Assembly: GCA_963805495.1 (NCBI GenBank)
Contig: CAWDUQ010000002.1
Span: 1,453,828-1,517,827 of the forward strand
Origin: an uncultured Acidobacteriota bacterium
GTDB lineage: Bacteria > Acidobacteriota > Thermoanaerobaculia > UBA5066 > Gp7-AA6
Direction: 5' to 3'
DNA: 64,000 nucleotides
Shown here: in pieces, positions 23,899-33,178 of the stretch
How the letters are laid out: each line of letters starts with the position of its first letter
How positions within the stretch are numbered: the stretch's first letter is position 1
Made by a program: the position numbers and the translations under genes
The notes under the pieces: model-generated
Told to the model about the DNA's origin: nothing
The model's input: the letters and a program-made list of their open reading frames with translations, nothing else
Database searches by the model: none

Positions 23899-25302
23899 GT
23901 GGCAGACGCGAAGAAGACCCGTACCGAGTCCGACACCATGGGGCCCGTCGAGGTCGCGGCCGACCGCTACTGGGGCGCGCAGACCGAGCGGTCCCTCCAC
24001 CACTTCCGGATCGGCCCCGAGCGTTTCCCGCGGGAGCTCATCCGGGCGCTCGGCATCCTCAAGAAGGCGGCGGCCGTCGTCAACCGGGACCGCGGGGCGC
24101 TGCCCGCGGACAGGGCCGACGCGATCATCCAGGCGGCCGACGAGGTCATCGCGGGAAAGCTCGACGACCATTTCCCCCTCTCCGTCTGGCAGACCGGCAG
24201 CGGCACGCAGACCAACATGAACGCCAACGAGGTCATCTCCAATCGCGCGATCGAGATCCTCGGCGGCGTGCTCGGCTCGAAGAAGCCCGTCCACCCCAAC
24301 GACGACGTCAACAAGAGCCAGTCCTCCAACGACACCTTCCCGACCGCGATGCACATCGCCGCGGTCGAGCAGACCCGCTTCCGGCTGATCCCGGCCGTCC
24401 GCAAGCTGCGCGACACGCTGGACCGGAAGGCGAAGGAATTCGCGGGCATCGTCAAGATCGGCCGCACGCACCTCCAGGACGCCGTCCCGATGACACTCGG
24501 CCAGGAGATCTCGGGCTGGGTCTCGCAGCTCGACCACTCGATCGTCCACCTGGAGGATTCCCTGCCCCACCTCCAGGAGCTCGCCCTCGGCGGGACAGCG
24601 GTCGGCACGGGCCTGAACGCTCCCGCGGACTTCGGCCAGAAGACCGCCGCCGAGATCGCGAAGCTGACCGGGATCCCCTTCGTCTCCGCTCCCAACAAGT
24701 TCGAGGCGCTGGCGGCGCACGACGCGCTCGTCGCCGGGCACGGCGCGGTCCGCACGCTCGCGGCGTCGCTGATGAAAATCGCCAACGACGTCCGGTGGCT
24801 CGCCTCCGGCCCGCGCTCGGGTCTCGCCGAGATCCGGATTCCGGAGAACGAGCCGGGCTCCTCGATCATGCCGGGCAAGGTCAATCCGACGCAATCCGAA
24901 GCACTGACGATGGTCTGCGCCCAGGTCTTCGGCAACGACGTGGCCGTCACGATCGGCGGCGCGTCGGGCAACTTCGAGCTGAACGTCTACAAGCCGCTCA
25001 TCATTGCCAACTACCTGCGGTCGGTGCACCTGCTGGCCGACGCGTGCGAGTCCTTCGAGGAGCACTGCGCCCGCGGCATCGAGCCCGATCTCGAGAAGAT
25101 CCGGGAGCACGTCGGCCGCTCGCTGATGCTCGTCACGGCGCTCGCTCCGCGGATCGGCTACGACAAGGCCGCGGCGATCGCCAAGAAGGCGCACAAGGAA
25201 GGAACCACCCTCAAGGAGGCGGCGATCTCCCTCGGCCACGTCACCGCCGATGAGTTCGACCGCGACGTCCGTCCCGAGAACATGGTCGGGCCGGGGAACT
25301 GA
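23899..25302 (+). CDS. fumC: Fumarate hydratase class II.
   Basis: [25 protein letters not shown]-terminus and [16 protein letters not shown] signature. Confidence 0.93.
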   Translation: MADAKKTRTESDTMGPVEVAADRYWGAQTERSLHHFRIGPERFPRELIRALGILKKAAAVVNRDRGALPADRADAIIQAADEVIAGKLDDHFPLSVWQTGSGTQTNMNANEVISNRAIEILGGVLGSKKPVHPNDDVNKSQSSNDTFPTAMHIAAVEQTRFRLIPAVRKLRDTLDRKAKEFAGIVKIGRTHLQDAVPMTLGQEISGWVSQLDHSIVHLEDSLPHLQELALGGTAVGTGLNAPADFGQKTAAEIAKLTGIPFVSAPNKFEALAAHDALVAGHGAVRTLAASLMKIANDVRWLASGPRSGLAEIRIPENEPGSSIMPGKVNPTQSEALTMVCAQVFGNDVAVTIGGASGNFELNVYKPLIIANYLRSVHLLADACESFEEHCARGIEPDLEKIREHVGRSLMLVTALAPRIGYDKAAAIAKKAHKEGTTLKEAAISLGHVTADEFDRDVRPENMVGPGN

Positions 25303-25304
25303 GC

Positions 25305-25778
25305 TTGCCCGAGCCGGTCCCCGTCTTTACGTCCCTTCACCTCGAGTTTTTCCTGCTGGCCGCGGCACGTCTCGCGTTCGCGGCCTTTCTCGGCGCGGTG
25401 CTCGGCTTCCAGCGCGAGCGCGTGCACAGCGCCGCCGGTCTCCGGACGCACATCCTCGTCTCAACAGGGTCGGCGCTGATCGTCCTTTCCGGGATCCAGT
25501 CCGGGTTCGGTCACGACGCGTCGAGCCGGGTGATCCAGGGCATCGTGGCCGGGATCGGCTTCCTGGGCGCCGGCACGATCCTCAAGATCGGCGACCGCGT
25601 CGAGGTCTATGGCCTGACGACCGCCGCCAGCATCTGGCTGACGGCCGGTGTCGGCGTCGCGGCCGGCCTGGGACATCTCTGGCTGCCGGTCGTCGCCACC
25701 CTCATCGGCTGGCTCGTCCTCGGGCCCCTCGGGCGGCTGGAAAAGTCGCACCCGGGCCCGGGACCGCCGCGCGGCTGA
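25305..25778 (+). CDS. mgtC: MgtC/SapB-family membrane protein.
   Basis: GFQRERVHSAAGLRTHILVSTGSAL and GIGFLGAGTIL motifs. TTG start is inferred. Confidence 0.65.
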   Translation: MPEPVPVFTSLHLEFFLLAAARLAFAAFLGAVLGFQRERVHSAAGLRTHILVSTGSALIVLSGIQSGFGHDASSRVIQGIVAGIGFLGAGTILKIGDRVEVYGLTTAASIWLTAGVGVAAGLGHLWLPVVATLIGWLVLGPLGRLEKSHPGPGPPRG

Positions 25779-25784
25779 GCCGGA

Positions 25785-26519
25785 TCAGCGCAGCAGCGAC
25801 GCGAGCTTCGTCTCGGCCTCGGCGTGCAGAGTGGGCGGAGCCCCGTAGAACGCGCCCGCGGCGCGTCCCTCCGCGTCGAAGACGAGCAGCGTCGGCACGG
25901 CGCTCACGTCGCCGAAGGCGCGGACGAGGTCGGGCTGGCCGAGGACCCAGGTCAGCGGGAGGTTGAGCTCGCCGACGAGCTTTCGGACTTTCGGCTCCTC
26001 GGACTCGATCGCGACGGCCGCGACGACGAGCTTCTCCCCGTACTGCTTCTTGAGCTCGCCGAGCCAACCGAGCGTCCGGCGGCAGGGCGGGCACCAGGTT
26101 GCCCAGAACTCCACCAGCACGACGCGGCCTTTCAGGTCCCCGCGCGAGACCGTGCGGCCGTCGAGGTCGGTCAGCGTGACCGCGGGAAACGCCGCCACCT
26201 CCGTGCCCTTCGACGGCGACGCCGCGGCGCGCGCGTCGGCCTTGCGCCCGGCCAGCAGGAGCTCGATCATGCGGGTCAGGTCGGCCTGGAACCGCTCGTG
26301 CGCGGCCGCGCTCTTCAGCGGCGCGTAGCGACCGCCTTCCCCCTTCTCCCCCTTCCCGTAGAAGCCGAAGTCGTTGGGAGTCGCCACCAGCACGTCGTCG
26401 ACGAAGATCGCGGGATAGCGGGTCACGCCGAAGCGCTTCGCGAGGGCCGAGTCACCGTAGTTCTCCGAGATGAAGCGCGCCTTGCCTCCGAACTTCTGAA
26501 CGACGCTCTGGGCCAGCAA
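25785..26519 (-). CDS. TlpA-like thiol-disulfide oxidoreductase (thioredoxin fold, WATWCPPC) with an extra N-terminal thioredoxin-like half-domain. It is in-frame with the upstream gene across a single TGA.
   Basis: VVLVEFWATWCPPCRRTLGWLGELKKQY TlpA/ResA motif. The N-terminal 100 aa (ARFISENYGDSALAKRFGVTRYPAIFVDD) look like the C-terminal half of a thioredoxin fold. The annotated start is a TTG. Confidence 0.65.
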   Translation of the reverse strand: MLAQSVVQKFGGKARFISENYGDSALAKRFGVTRYPAIFVDDVLVATPNDFGFYGKGEKGEGGRYAPLKSAAAHERFQADLTRMIELLLAGRKADARAAASPSKGTEVAAFPAVTLTDLDGRTVSRGDLKGRVVLVEFWATWCPPCRRTLGWLGELKKQYGEKLVVAAVAIESEEPKVRKLVGELNLPLTWVLGQPDLVRAFGDVSAVPTLLVFDAEGRAAGAFYGAPPTLHAEAETKLASLLR

Positions 26520-26540
26520 ACTTGCCGGATCGGAGAGGTT

Positions 26541-27698
26541 TCAGGTGTAGGGCCACCGGACGAGGGTGACGGTGACGGTCGCGGGCACCGCGGCGGGGCG
26601 CGGCCGGGCCGGCTCGAGCGCCGCGAAGTAGCGGGGAAGGACCTCGGCGACAACCGCCGAGGCCTGCGCGGGAGAGGCTCCGGACGCCGCGGATGCGGCA
26701 TCGGCCTCGCCCGCCTCCAGGAAGATCCGGCCGATGCTCTGGTCGACCCCGCCGGTCTCGGAGAGGCGGGGCCGAAGCTCCGCCAGCTTCGCCTTCGCCT
26801 GCTCGATCGTGAGCTCCGGGACCCTTCCCGTCAGGGGCGCGGCGCGCAGCACCGCCTGGAGGTACCGGAGCATTGCGCCGTAGGAGAGGCCGGCCGCATC
26901 GAGCTCGCGCGCTTCCTTGAGCGTCGAGCTCGCCGTGATGAACTCCCGGTGCCGGTCGATCGAAGCCGGCGGCCTGTACGCGGACAGCAGTTCGCCCTCG
27001 AGCACGTCGAGCTCGGCCCGGAGGCTGCGCACCGGCGGCGGCCGCAGGCTCGACGGCTCGGACAAGGTTCGACAGAAGGCGCCGAGTTCGCGCTGCGCCC
27101 GGGCGACGCCGAGGTAGTAGAAACCGACCTCGGGCATCGTGTTGCGCTCGTAGTCGAGGCTCGCCTCGTAGAAGACCTTGACCGCCGGAACCGAGGCCTC
27201 GCCGACCGCCCGCACCGCCGCGGGCGTCACGCCCTCGAGCGCCTTCGGCGAAGGCGCGCCGAGTGTCTTCCCGAGGTCCTGCCCCATGCGCTTCCAGGCG
27301 GCCTCGAACGCGGCGTCGCTGTTGCGGTCGGCCGGTGGCAGCGACCCCAGGTACCGGGAGGCTTCGAGGTCCGGCTGTACGCTCGCGAGACGCTGCAAGG
27401 CCAGGAGCCGATGCCGGCCTCGCATGGCCTCTTCGACGCGTTCCATGGCCGGCAGGGCGCCTTTCTTGATCTGGAGCCACATCTCGTCCGTCGACGCGTT
27501 CGACTTCAGGTAATCCGACCAGCCCCGGATCTCGGCGGCGAGCGGGTCGGCCTGCGGCGGCGCGGCGGCGATCGAGGCGAGAAAGGCCGTGGCGACGGCC
27601 GCGGCGGCGAGAAGGACGAGACGGCCCGGGCGCATCGCGGCCCGGAGCATGACACGGGGCGCCGAGCCGAATCGCCGGGCGACCCGTGAGGATCTCAT
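26541..27698 (-). CDS. Secreted hypothetical protein (signal peptide, ~350-aa mostly helical domain). The C-terminus runs into a TGA that is in-frame with the downstream thioredoxin gene.
   Basis: ATG at 27698 overlaps the upstream gene stop (ATGA). Signal MRSSRVARRFGSAPRVMLRAAMRPGRLVLLAAAAVATAFLASIAA. The upstream 188 codons of the long ORF are R/G-rich non-coding. Confidence 0.55.
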   Translation of the reverse strand: MRSSRVARRFGSAPRVMLRAAMRPGRLVLLAAAAVATAFLASIAAAPPQADPLAAEIRGWSDYLKSNASTDEMWLQIKKGALPAMERVEEAMRGRHRLLALQRLASVQPDLEASRYLGSLPPADRNSDAAFEAAWKRMGQDLGKTLGAPSPKALEGVTPAAVRAVGEASVPAVKVFYEASLDYERNTMPEVGFYYLGVARAQRELGAFCRTLSEPSSLRPPPVRSLRAELDVLEGELLSAYRPPASIDRHREFITASSTLKEARELDAAGLSYGAMLRYLQAVLRAAPLTGRVPELTIEQAKAKLAELRPRLSETGGVDQSIGRIFLEAGEADAASAASGASPAQASAVVAEVLPRYFAALEPARPRPAAVPATVTVTLVRWPYT

Positions 27699-28618
27699 CG
27701 GGAAGTTATCGGCGTGCGACTCAGCCGCTCGAGCTCCACGACCTCGAGGGCGCGGGCCTCGGCCGGCGTGAGGTCGGCGAGCTGCTCGAGCGTGCGCGTC
27801 TTTCCCGCCTCGGTCGCGATCAGGTAGCCGAGGTAGTACCCCGAGCGCGACGGGATGTCGAGGGCGGCGGCGCCCCCCAGGAAGTACCGCGCGTAGTCCT
27901 CGCGCTTCTCGCTGTCCAGAAGCTTCAGGGCCTCCGGCGCGGTGCGGTCGAGAGCCGCCCGGGCCGGCCCGATGGGCGGGAGGCAGCAGACCTGCTGCTC
28001 CGGGACCTCCGGGTTCAGCCGGCGGCTCACGTAGGTCGCCAGGCCCTCGGCCCAGAGCGCCCAGCCGAAGGTCTCGGGATCCTCCGCCATGGCCTCGCCG
28101 TGGTAGACGTGGAAGAGCTCGTGAACGACGAGCGGCGCGAGATCTTCTTTCAGCCTGGCGATGACGTCGAGTCCGAACAGGAGCGCGGTCTTCCCGTCCA
28201 CCTCGCGCGTCGCGCCGTCGAACGCACCGGCCGAATAGACGAAGTACACGGGCGTCGAGCATCGGAACCGGGGGAACGATTTCCGGAACGCCCCGAGCTC
28301 GCCGGGCAGGTCCTTCGACAGTCGCGCGGACAGTTCCCGCATCGCCCCTTCGATCTCCGGCACCTTCTCGAGCGAGCGCGGAACGAACTCGGCCGGCGGC
28401 TTGGTCGCCTGGTGAAAGATGCCTTCGTAGACCGCCGCGCTGGGCCTCTCGACGATCTGCTGGAAGAGACGGTACTGCTCGGCACCGGGCTGGCTCTGCG
28501 CGGCCGCCCAGAACGTCCAGAACGCGGGCATGAGGTCCGTGGTGCGGCAGCCGGCCTCCGGAAGGGCGGGCTCCGCCAGGGTCGCGGCGAGCAACAGAAC
28601 CGGGCCGAGCGGAGTCAC
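27695..28618 (-). CDS. Secreted putative zinc metalloprotease-like protein (HExxH; DUF2268-like).
   Basis: Signal MTPLGPVLLLAATLA. HELFHVYH motif. Confidence 0.55.
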   Translation of the reverse strand: MTPLGPVLLLAATLAEPALPEAGCRTTDLMPAFWTFWAAAQSQPGAEQYRLFQQIVERPSAAVYEGIFHQATKPPAEFVPRSLEKVPEIEGAMRELSARLSKDLPGELGAFRKSFPRFRCSTPVYFVYSAGAFDGATREVDGKTALLFGLDVIARLKEDLAPLVVHELFHVYHGEAMAEDPETFGWALWAEGLATYVSRRLNPEVPEQQVCCLPPIGPARAALDRTAPEALKLLDSEKREDYARYFLGGAAALDIPSRSGYYLGYLIATEAGKTRTLEQLADLTPAEARALEVVELERLSRTPITSR

Positions 28619-28654
28619 GCCTTCACATACGACTCCACGGCGCGGAAGATCGGC

Positions 28655-28674
28655 TCAGGCGCCGTACGGCGCCA
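28655..28674. terminator. Perfect 16-nt palindrome ggcgccgtacggcgcc downstream of the SGNH hydrolase gene; possible terminator hairpin.
   Basis: Located in the 128-nt gap between two minus-strand genes. Confidence 0.25.
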
Positions 28675-28746
28675 GCCGATGGCGAAACCGATGGATGGCC
28701 GCGAGAGCATGGCCGAGCGAGGTCATCCTCTCCCGGAGTTTCGCGT

Positions 28747-29523
28747 TCACGGCGATTTCCACTTCGCGAGGGCCGCGGCCGCGCCCTCCTGCATCGTCCT
28801 GGCGGAATCCGCAGGAACGCTGAGGGCCTCGCCGCGCGCGAGCGGGAGTTTCGACGGCAGGCCCACCGGGGAGCGGCCGTAGAAGAGGCCGTAAAACGTG
28901 AGCGCCGCGACATAGGAGCCGGCGGGCGTCGGATGGAGACCGTCGGCCGAGTAGAGCGAGAGCTTCGGGTCTTTTTTCCAGGCTTCCCGCCACGCGTCGC
29001 CCGCCGGGCACAGCAGACCGCCGACGTCCTTCGCGGCGCCGGCGTAGGACTCGACCACGCCCTCGAAGTCCCGGGGCCGGCTGGTCGAGGGCCACACCAT
29101 GTAGAGCACGGGCCGTGCGCCGACGGCGCGGATCGCCTTCGCGAACCGTTCCGTGTAGGCGCGCAGCACCGAGATTCCGTCGGCCGAAGCCGAGGGGCCC
29201 TGCTGCAGAACGACGTAGTCCCAGCTTCCGACGGCGATCATCTTTTGCGCCTCGCCTCGGTTCCACTGGTCTTCGAGGCTCAAGCCGGGGCCCGTCACGG
29301 CGCGCACGAAGGGCCGCGACTCCCCCGCGGCCTCGGCGAGCGAGCGGAACATCGCGGGCAGATCGTTGGTGTAGGTCAGACTGTTGCCGATGAAGAGAAC
29401 GTGGATGGGCGCCGCGATCTCCTCGTCCGGGCGCTCCTGCCCGTGCGCGGCGGCCGCGTCGAGGCCTGAAGCGAGACCGAAGGCGAGGCCGAGGGCGAGG
29501 ACGCTCCGAAGCCGGCGACTCAC
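28747..29523 (-). CDS. Secreted SGNH/GDSL-like hydrolase.
   Basis: Signal peptide. Block I IHVLFIGNSLTY (GNSxT). GTG start overlapping the next gene's stop (GTGA). Confidence 0.6.
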   Translation of the reverse strand: MSRRLRSVLALGLAFGLASGLDAAAAHGQERPDEEIAAPIHVLFIGNSLTYTNDLPAMFRSLAEAAGESRPFVRAVTGPGLSLEDQWNRGEAQKMIAVGSWDYVVLQQGPSASADGISVLRAYTERFAKAIRAVGARPVLYMVWPSTSRPRDFEGVVESYAGAAKDVGGLLCPAGDAWREAWKKDPKLSLYSADGLHPTPAGSYVAALTFYGLFYGRSPVGLPSKLPLARGEALSVPADSARTMQEGAAAALAKWKSP

Positions 29524-31385
29524 TCCGGCGCCTTGACGAGCACCGGGATCGCCACGTGCGAGGGATGGCGGGGCGAACGGTAGACGCGGTGGGTCGCCGC
29601 CCGGAAGTCCGCGGCCTTCGCCTCGAAAATGTTGGGTACGAAGGTCTGGGGATTGCGGTCGATGATCGGGAACCAGCTGCTCTGCACCTGCACCATGATC
29701 CGGTGGCCCTTGCGGAACGCGTAGCTCTGCGTGTGCAGACTGTACGCGTACTCGAGGACGGCGTTGGGAGCGATCGGCTCGGGCTGCTCGAAAGACTTCC
29801 GATAACGCCCGCGGAAAACCTCGTTGGAGACCATCAGCTCATACCCCGCCAGGTCCCAGTTCTCGGGGTACCGCTCCGGATAAACGTCGATGAGCTTGAC
29901 GATCCAGTCGGCGTCGCTGCCGGTGGTCGAGGCGAAGAGGCGCGCCGCCACCTCGCCGGCGATCGTCACGTCCTCGGTCAGCGGTTCCGACTCGTAGGTC
30001 AGGACGTCGGCCCGATCGTCCACGAAGCGCTGGTCCTCGACGAGCCAGGTCGGCCACTTCGAGCCGCCCGGAAAATACGTCGTCTGGATTGGGCGCCGCC
30101 GATACGGGACCGGGTGCGCGGGGTCGGAGACGTACGCGTCGAAGGCCTCGGCCTCCCCGGACGGGCCGGGTACGGGGGCGTCGAAGGAGAGCGAGCCGTC
30201 CGCCCCGAAGTAGAGGTTGCGGACCTGCGTGCGCGCGGCCGGCGGCCAGGCCTCCCACCGCCGCCACCGGTTCGTTCCGGCCTCGAAGGTCAGGGCCTCC
30301 GGAAGGACGTCGGGGCCCCGATCCTTGAGGTAGTGCGCAAACCACGGCGCCTGGATCTCTTCCCGGAAATACTTCGCGGTCGCGCTGTCGAAGGGGATCG
30401 CGCCGAGCCGGTCGCCGTCGCCGTGCGTCCAGCCGCCGTGGTTCCACGGCCCGACGACGAGGCGGTTGAGGTCCTTCGGATCGTGCTTCTCGAGCGCCGC
30501 GTAGATCTGGAGCGGGCCGAAGAAGTCCTCCTGGTCCCACCAGCCCGCGACGTTCAGCGTCGGGACGGCCACCTCGCGAAGATGCGGGATGAGGGTCTGC
30601 GCCTTCCAGAACGCGTCGTAGTCGGGGTGCGCGACGAAATCGTTCCAGGTGGGGATCTTTCCGTGGAAGAAGAGGGCGTTGACGTTCGACAGCGGCCCCA
30701 GCGCCAGGTACCACCGGTAGGTGTCGTAGCGGTCGAAGCCGAAGGGCTCCAGGTTCTTCCCGCTCTCGAGCCAGTAGGCGTACTCGAGCCCGTAGCTCAG
30801 GCGGAAAGCGCCGTTGTGGTGAAAGTCGTCCCCGAGCCACATGTCCGACGGCGAGGCCTGCGGAGAGATGGCCTTGAGCGCCGGGTGGGGCTCGAGTGCG
30901 CCCATGATCGTGGTCCAGCCGTCGTAGGAGACCCCGAGCATCCCGGCGCGACCGTTGTTCCCGGGGACGTTCTCGAGGAGCCAGGCGATCGTGTCGAACG
31001 TGTCGGTGCCTTCGTCCAGACTCTTCGTGTCGCCCGGCGGGCGCGCCGGCCGCTGCATGACGAAGACGCCTTCCGAGCCGAACTTTCCTCGCAGGTCCTG
31101 GAAGACGAAGACGTAGCCGTCGTCGGCGAGCGCCTTGAGCGAGCCCTCGAGCCGCTTGCCGGACTCGGCGACCCCGTAGGGCGTGCGCTGGATCAGGATC
31201 GGGAGCGGTCCGTGCTCGCCGCGGGGCGTGAAGATCTTCGCGTGGAGCTTGACGCCGTCGCGCATCGGGATCATGACGTCCCGCTCGAGGTACGGCTCCT
31301 CGACCGTACCGGCCCGAGGGGCGGCGGCGATCGCCGCGAGAGCGAGGCAGAGAGCGGCCGCGGCCGGAACGAGGCGCTTTTTCAT
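29520..31385 (-). CDS. CocE/NonD-family hydrolase (X-Pro dipeptidyl-peptidase S15-like), secreted.
   Basis: Signal MKKRLVPAAAALCLALAAIAAA. LIQRTPYG, GVSYDGW nucleophile region and a C-terminal beta-sandwich domain. 621 aa. Confidence 0.8.
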   Translation of the reverse strand: MKKRLVPAAAALCLALAAIAAAPRAGTVEEPYLERDVMIPMRDGVKLHAKIFTPRGEHGPLPILIQRTPYGVAESGKRLEGSLKALADDGYVFVFQDLRGKFGSEGVFVMQRPARPPGDTKSLDEGTDTFDTIAWLLENVPGNNGRAGMLGVSYDGWTTIMGALEPHPALKAISPQASPSDMWLGDDFHHNGAFRLSYGLEYAYWLESGKNLEPFGFDRYDTYRWYLALGPLSNVNALFFHGKIPTWNDFVAHPDYDAFWKAQTLIPHLREVAVPTLNVAGWWDQEDFFGPLQIYAALEKHDPKDLNRLVVGPWNHGGWTHGDGDRLGAIPFDSATAKYFREEIQAPWFAHYLKDRGPDVLPEALTFEAGTNRWRRWEAWPPAARTQVRNLYFGADGSLSFDAPVPGPSGEAEAFDAYVSDPAHPVPYRRRPIQTTYFPGGSKWPTWLVEDQRFVDDRADVLTYESEPLTEDVTIAGEVAARLFASTTGSDADWIVKLIDVYPERYPENWDLAGYELMVSNEVFRGRYRKSFEQPEPIAPNAVLEYAYSLHTQSYAFRKGHRIMVQVQSSWFPIIDRNPQTFVPNIFEAKAADFRAATHRVYRSPRHPSHVAIPVLVKAPE

Positions 31386-31394
31386 GGGGCGAGT

Positions 31395-31847
31395 CTACGT
31401 CTTCGGGTTGGCCGTCAGCGCGCAGGCGGCGATCCGCCACTTTCCGTCGGCTTCTTTCCTCCAGACGATCAGGAATTTCGACGTCGACGGCGGACCGGAG
31501 GCGTTCGGCAGGGTCACGGCGGTCGACCCGGTCTCCCAGGCGAGGTCCCCTCCGGAAGCGACCTGGATCGAGTCGGTGGTCGCACGGAACGTGTCGAGGC
31601 GAGGCAGGCGCTCGGAGTACATCTTCTGGATCGCGGCCTTCCCCTTCAACGCGGCCTCTCCGTTGAAGTGGACGACGGCGTCCTCGGCCCAGAACGGCAT
31701 CACGGCGATCGCGTCTTTGCGCGCCTCCGCGTCCGCCACGCCGCGGCTCGCCTCCCGGACTTCGGCCTCGGCGCCGGCCGTCGAGGGCCGCCGGCAGGCC
31801 GCTGCTAGGAGCAGGAGTCCCAGGATCGCCGCGGTGCGAAGCTTCAT
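31395..31847 (-). CDS. NTF2-like (SnoaL/DUF4440-like) lipoprotein.
   Basis: MKLRTAAILGLLLLAAACRR lipobox. ~130-aa cone-fold domain profile. The rest of the long ORF is non-coding. Confidence 0.55.
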   Translation of the reverse strand: MKLRTAAILGLLLLAAACRRPSTAGAEAEVREASRGVADAEARKDAIAVMPFWAEDAVVHFNGEAALKGKAAIQKMYSERLPRLDTFRATTDSIQVASGGDLAWETGSTAVTLPNASGPPSTSKFLIVWRKEADGKWRIAACALTANPKT

Positions 31848-31867
31848 GCGTTCTCCCCCGACGCGCC

Positions 31868-32440
31868 TCAATGCTTGAGGATGTCCTCGACAGCCCCGGT
31901 GTTCGCGTTGACGATGACCGAGAGACCGCCGTCCTTGCCGTCGGCCTTGCTGTAGTTGATGTACCAGGTCGCATGCCGATCGCTCGGAGCCGCGGCCGTT
32001 CCGAGCGACACGGTATAGCCCTGCTGGAGCAGGTCCTCGCCGTGCTTCTTCGCGAGCGCGTAGAGCGCCGCGCCGTCGCGGTCGAAATCGGGCTTCAGAT
32101 CCGGGAGGCGGCCGGCGGGCCCGGCCTGGGCCCAGCAAGTCAGCGACCCGCGGAACGTGTTGATCGCGACGCTCGCGTTCGCCTGAGCCGAGAAGAACAT
32201 CAGGCTCCACGCCGTCGAGGACCCGTCGGGCTGGAGCGGTCCGAGGCTCGTGTTCGTGATGCGGGCCGGGACCGCGTCGGGCTTCCAGGCCTTCGCGTAC
32301 TTGTCCGCCATCGCGTACATGTCGGACAGCTTGACCGCCGGGTTCTTGAGTTGGACCGTCTTGCAGGCCTCCTGGCCCGCCGCCGCGCGCCCGAGCGCCA
32401 GGGTGGCGAGGACGACCCACAGGACCGTTCGTCTCTTCAT
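31868..32440 (-). CDS. Secreted hypothetical protein.
   Basis: Signal MKRRTVLWVVLATLALGRAAAG. ATG overlaps the stop of the next gene (ATGA). Confidence 0.5.
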   Translation of the reverse strand: MKRRTVLWVVLATLALGRAAAGQEACKTVQLKNPAVKLSDMYAMADKYAKAWKPDAVPARITNTSLGPLQPDGSSTAWSLMFFSAQANASVAINTFRGSLTCWAQAGPAGRLPDLKPDFDRDGAALYALAKKHGEDLLQQGYTVSLGTAAAPSDRHATWYINYSKADGKDGGLSVIVNANTGAVEDILKH

Positions 32441-32841
32441 TCCTGCCCCCATGCAATGGATCTCGTCGTTCGGGACGTCCGCGGGCCACCCTCCGAGGGC
32501 CGCCATCGGAAGCGCTCGAGCGGGATCGCTCCCGTCTCGCCGAAATGCACGCCTTCCTTCTCGAGGAGAAACCGCTGGATCCGGTCCATCGGCCGGCCGT
32601 CCGAGCGCAGGCTGATCTTCCCGGCCGCGTTGACGATCCGGTGCCACGGCACGCGGCTGCCTTCGGCGAGGGCCGACAGCGCGTAGCCGACCATGCGCGC
32701 GTGGCCCGGAAGTCCCGCCGCGCTCGCGATCTGACCGTAGGTCGCGACGCGCCCCCGGGGCACGCGCGCCACGGCCGCGTAGATACGGGCGTACGTCGCG
32801 CGCGGGGCGGTCGGGGTCCTCGGGATCGATGCCTCCTGCAA
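32437..32841 (-). CDS. Alkyltransferase-like protein (ATL; MGMT DNA-binding domain with Trp replacing the active-site Cys, PWHRIV).
   Basis: YGQIASAAGLPGHARMVGYAL...VPWHRIVNAAG matches the MGMT C-terminal domain with PCHR replaced by PWHR, as in ATL proteins. Confidence 0.65.
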   Translation of the reverse strand: MQEASIPRTPTAPRATYARIYAAVARVPRGRVATYGQIASAAGLPGHARMVGYALSALAEGSRVPWHRIVNAAGKISLRSDGRPMDRIQRFLLEKEGVHFGETGAIPLERFRWRPSEGGPRTSRTTRSIAWGQE

Positions 32842-32884
32842 TTTCCCGCGGATGATACGCCTCAGCGAGATGAGCGTTGCGGGC

Positions 32885-33133
32885 TCAGAAGTGGGCCGGT
32901 GTCACCGCCTGGCGCGGAACCATCGCGAGCCGCTCCTTGAAGCAGCGCCCGTGGCAGAACCAGGCCTGGGTCATTCCTTCTTCGGTCTCGACGCGGACGA
33001 CGCAGGGATCGACCGCCGTGCGTTCGATCGCGTGCCCGCAGAAGCAACAGGGACCGCCGATCTCCGCCTCGCCCATCGGTTCTCCAATCCGCCCGGATGC
33101 GCCGGGCACGTGATGTTGATGGTGATGTATCAC
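32885..33133 (-). CDS. Small His/Cys-rich putative zinc-binding protein.
   Basis: MIHHHQHH...CCFCGH...DPCVV...WFCHGRCF. Short ORF in a gap between genes. Modest support. Confidence 0.35.
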   Translation of the reverse strand: MIHHHQHHVPGASGRIGEPMGEAEIGGPCCFCGHAIERTAVDPCVVRVETEEGMTQAWFCHGRCFKERLAMVPRQAVTPAHF

Positions 33134-33178
33134 AGGAACCGGCCGGAACCATGATGCCGTTGTCTCGGGAGAAGAGCG

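Noticed and set aside
28655-29469. ORFs 28655..29266 (minus) and 28933..29469 (plus) overlapping the SGNH hydrolase gene.
   Set aside because: R/G-rich translations. The SGNH frame has signal peptide and GDSL motifs.
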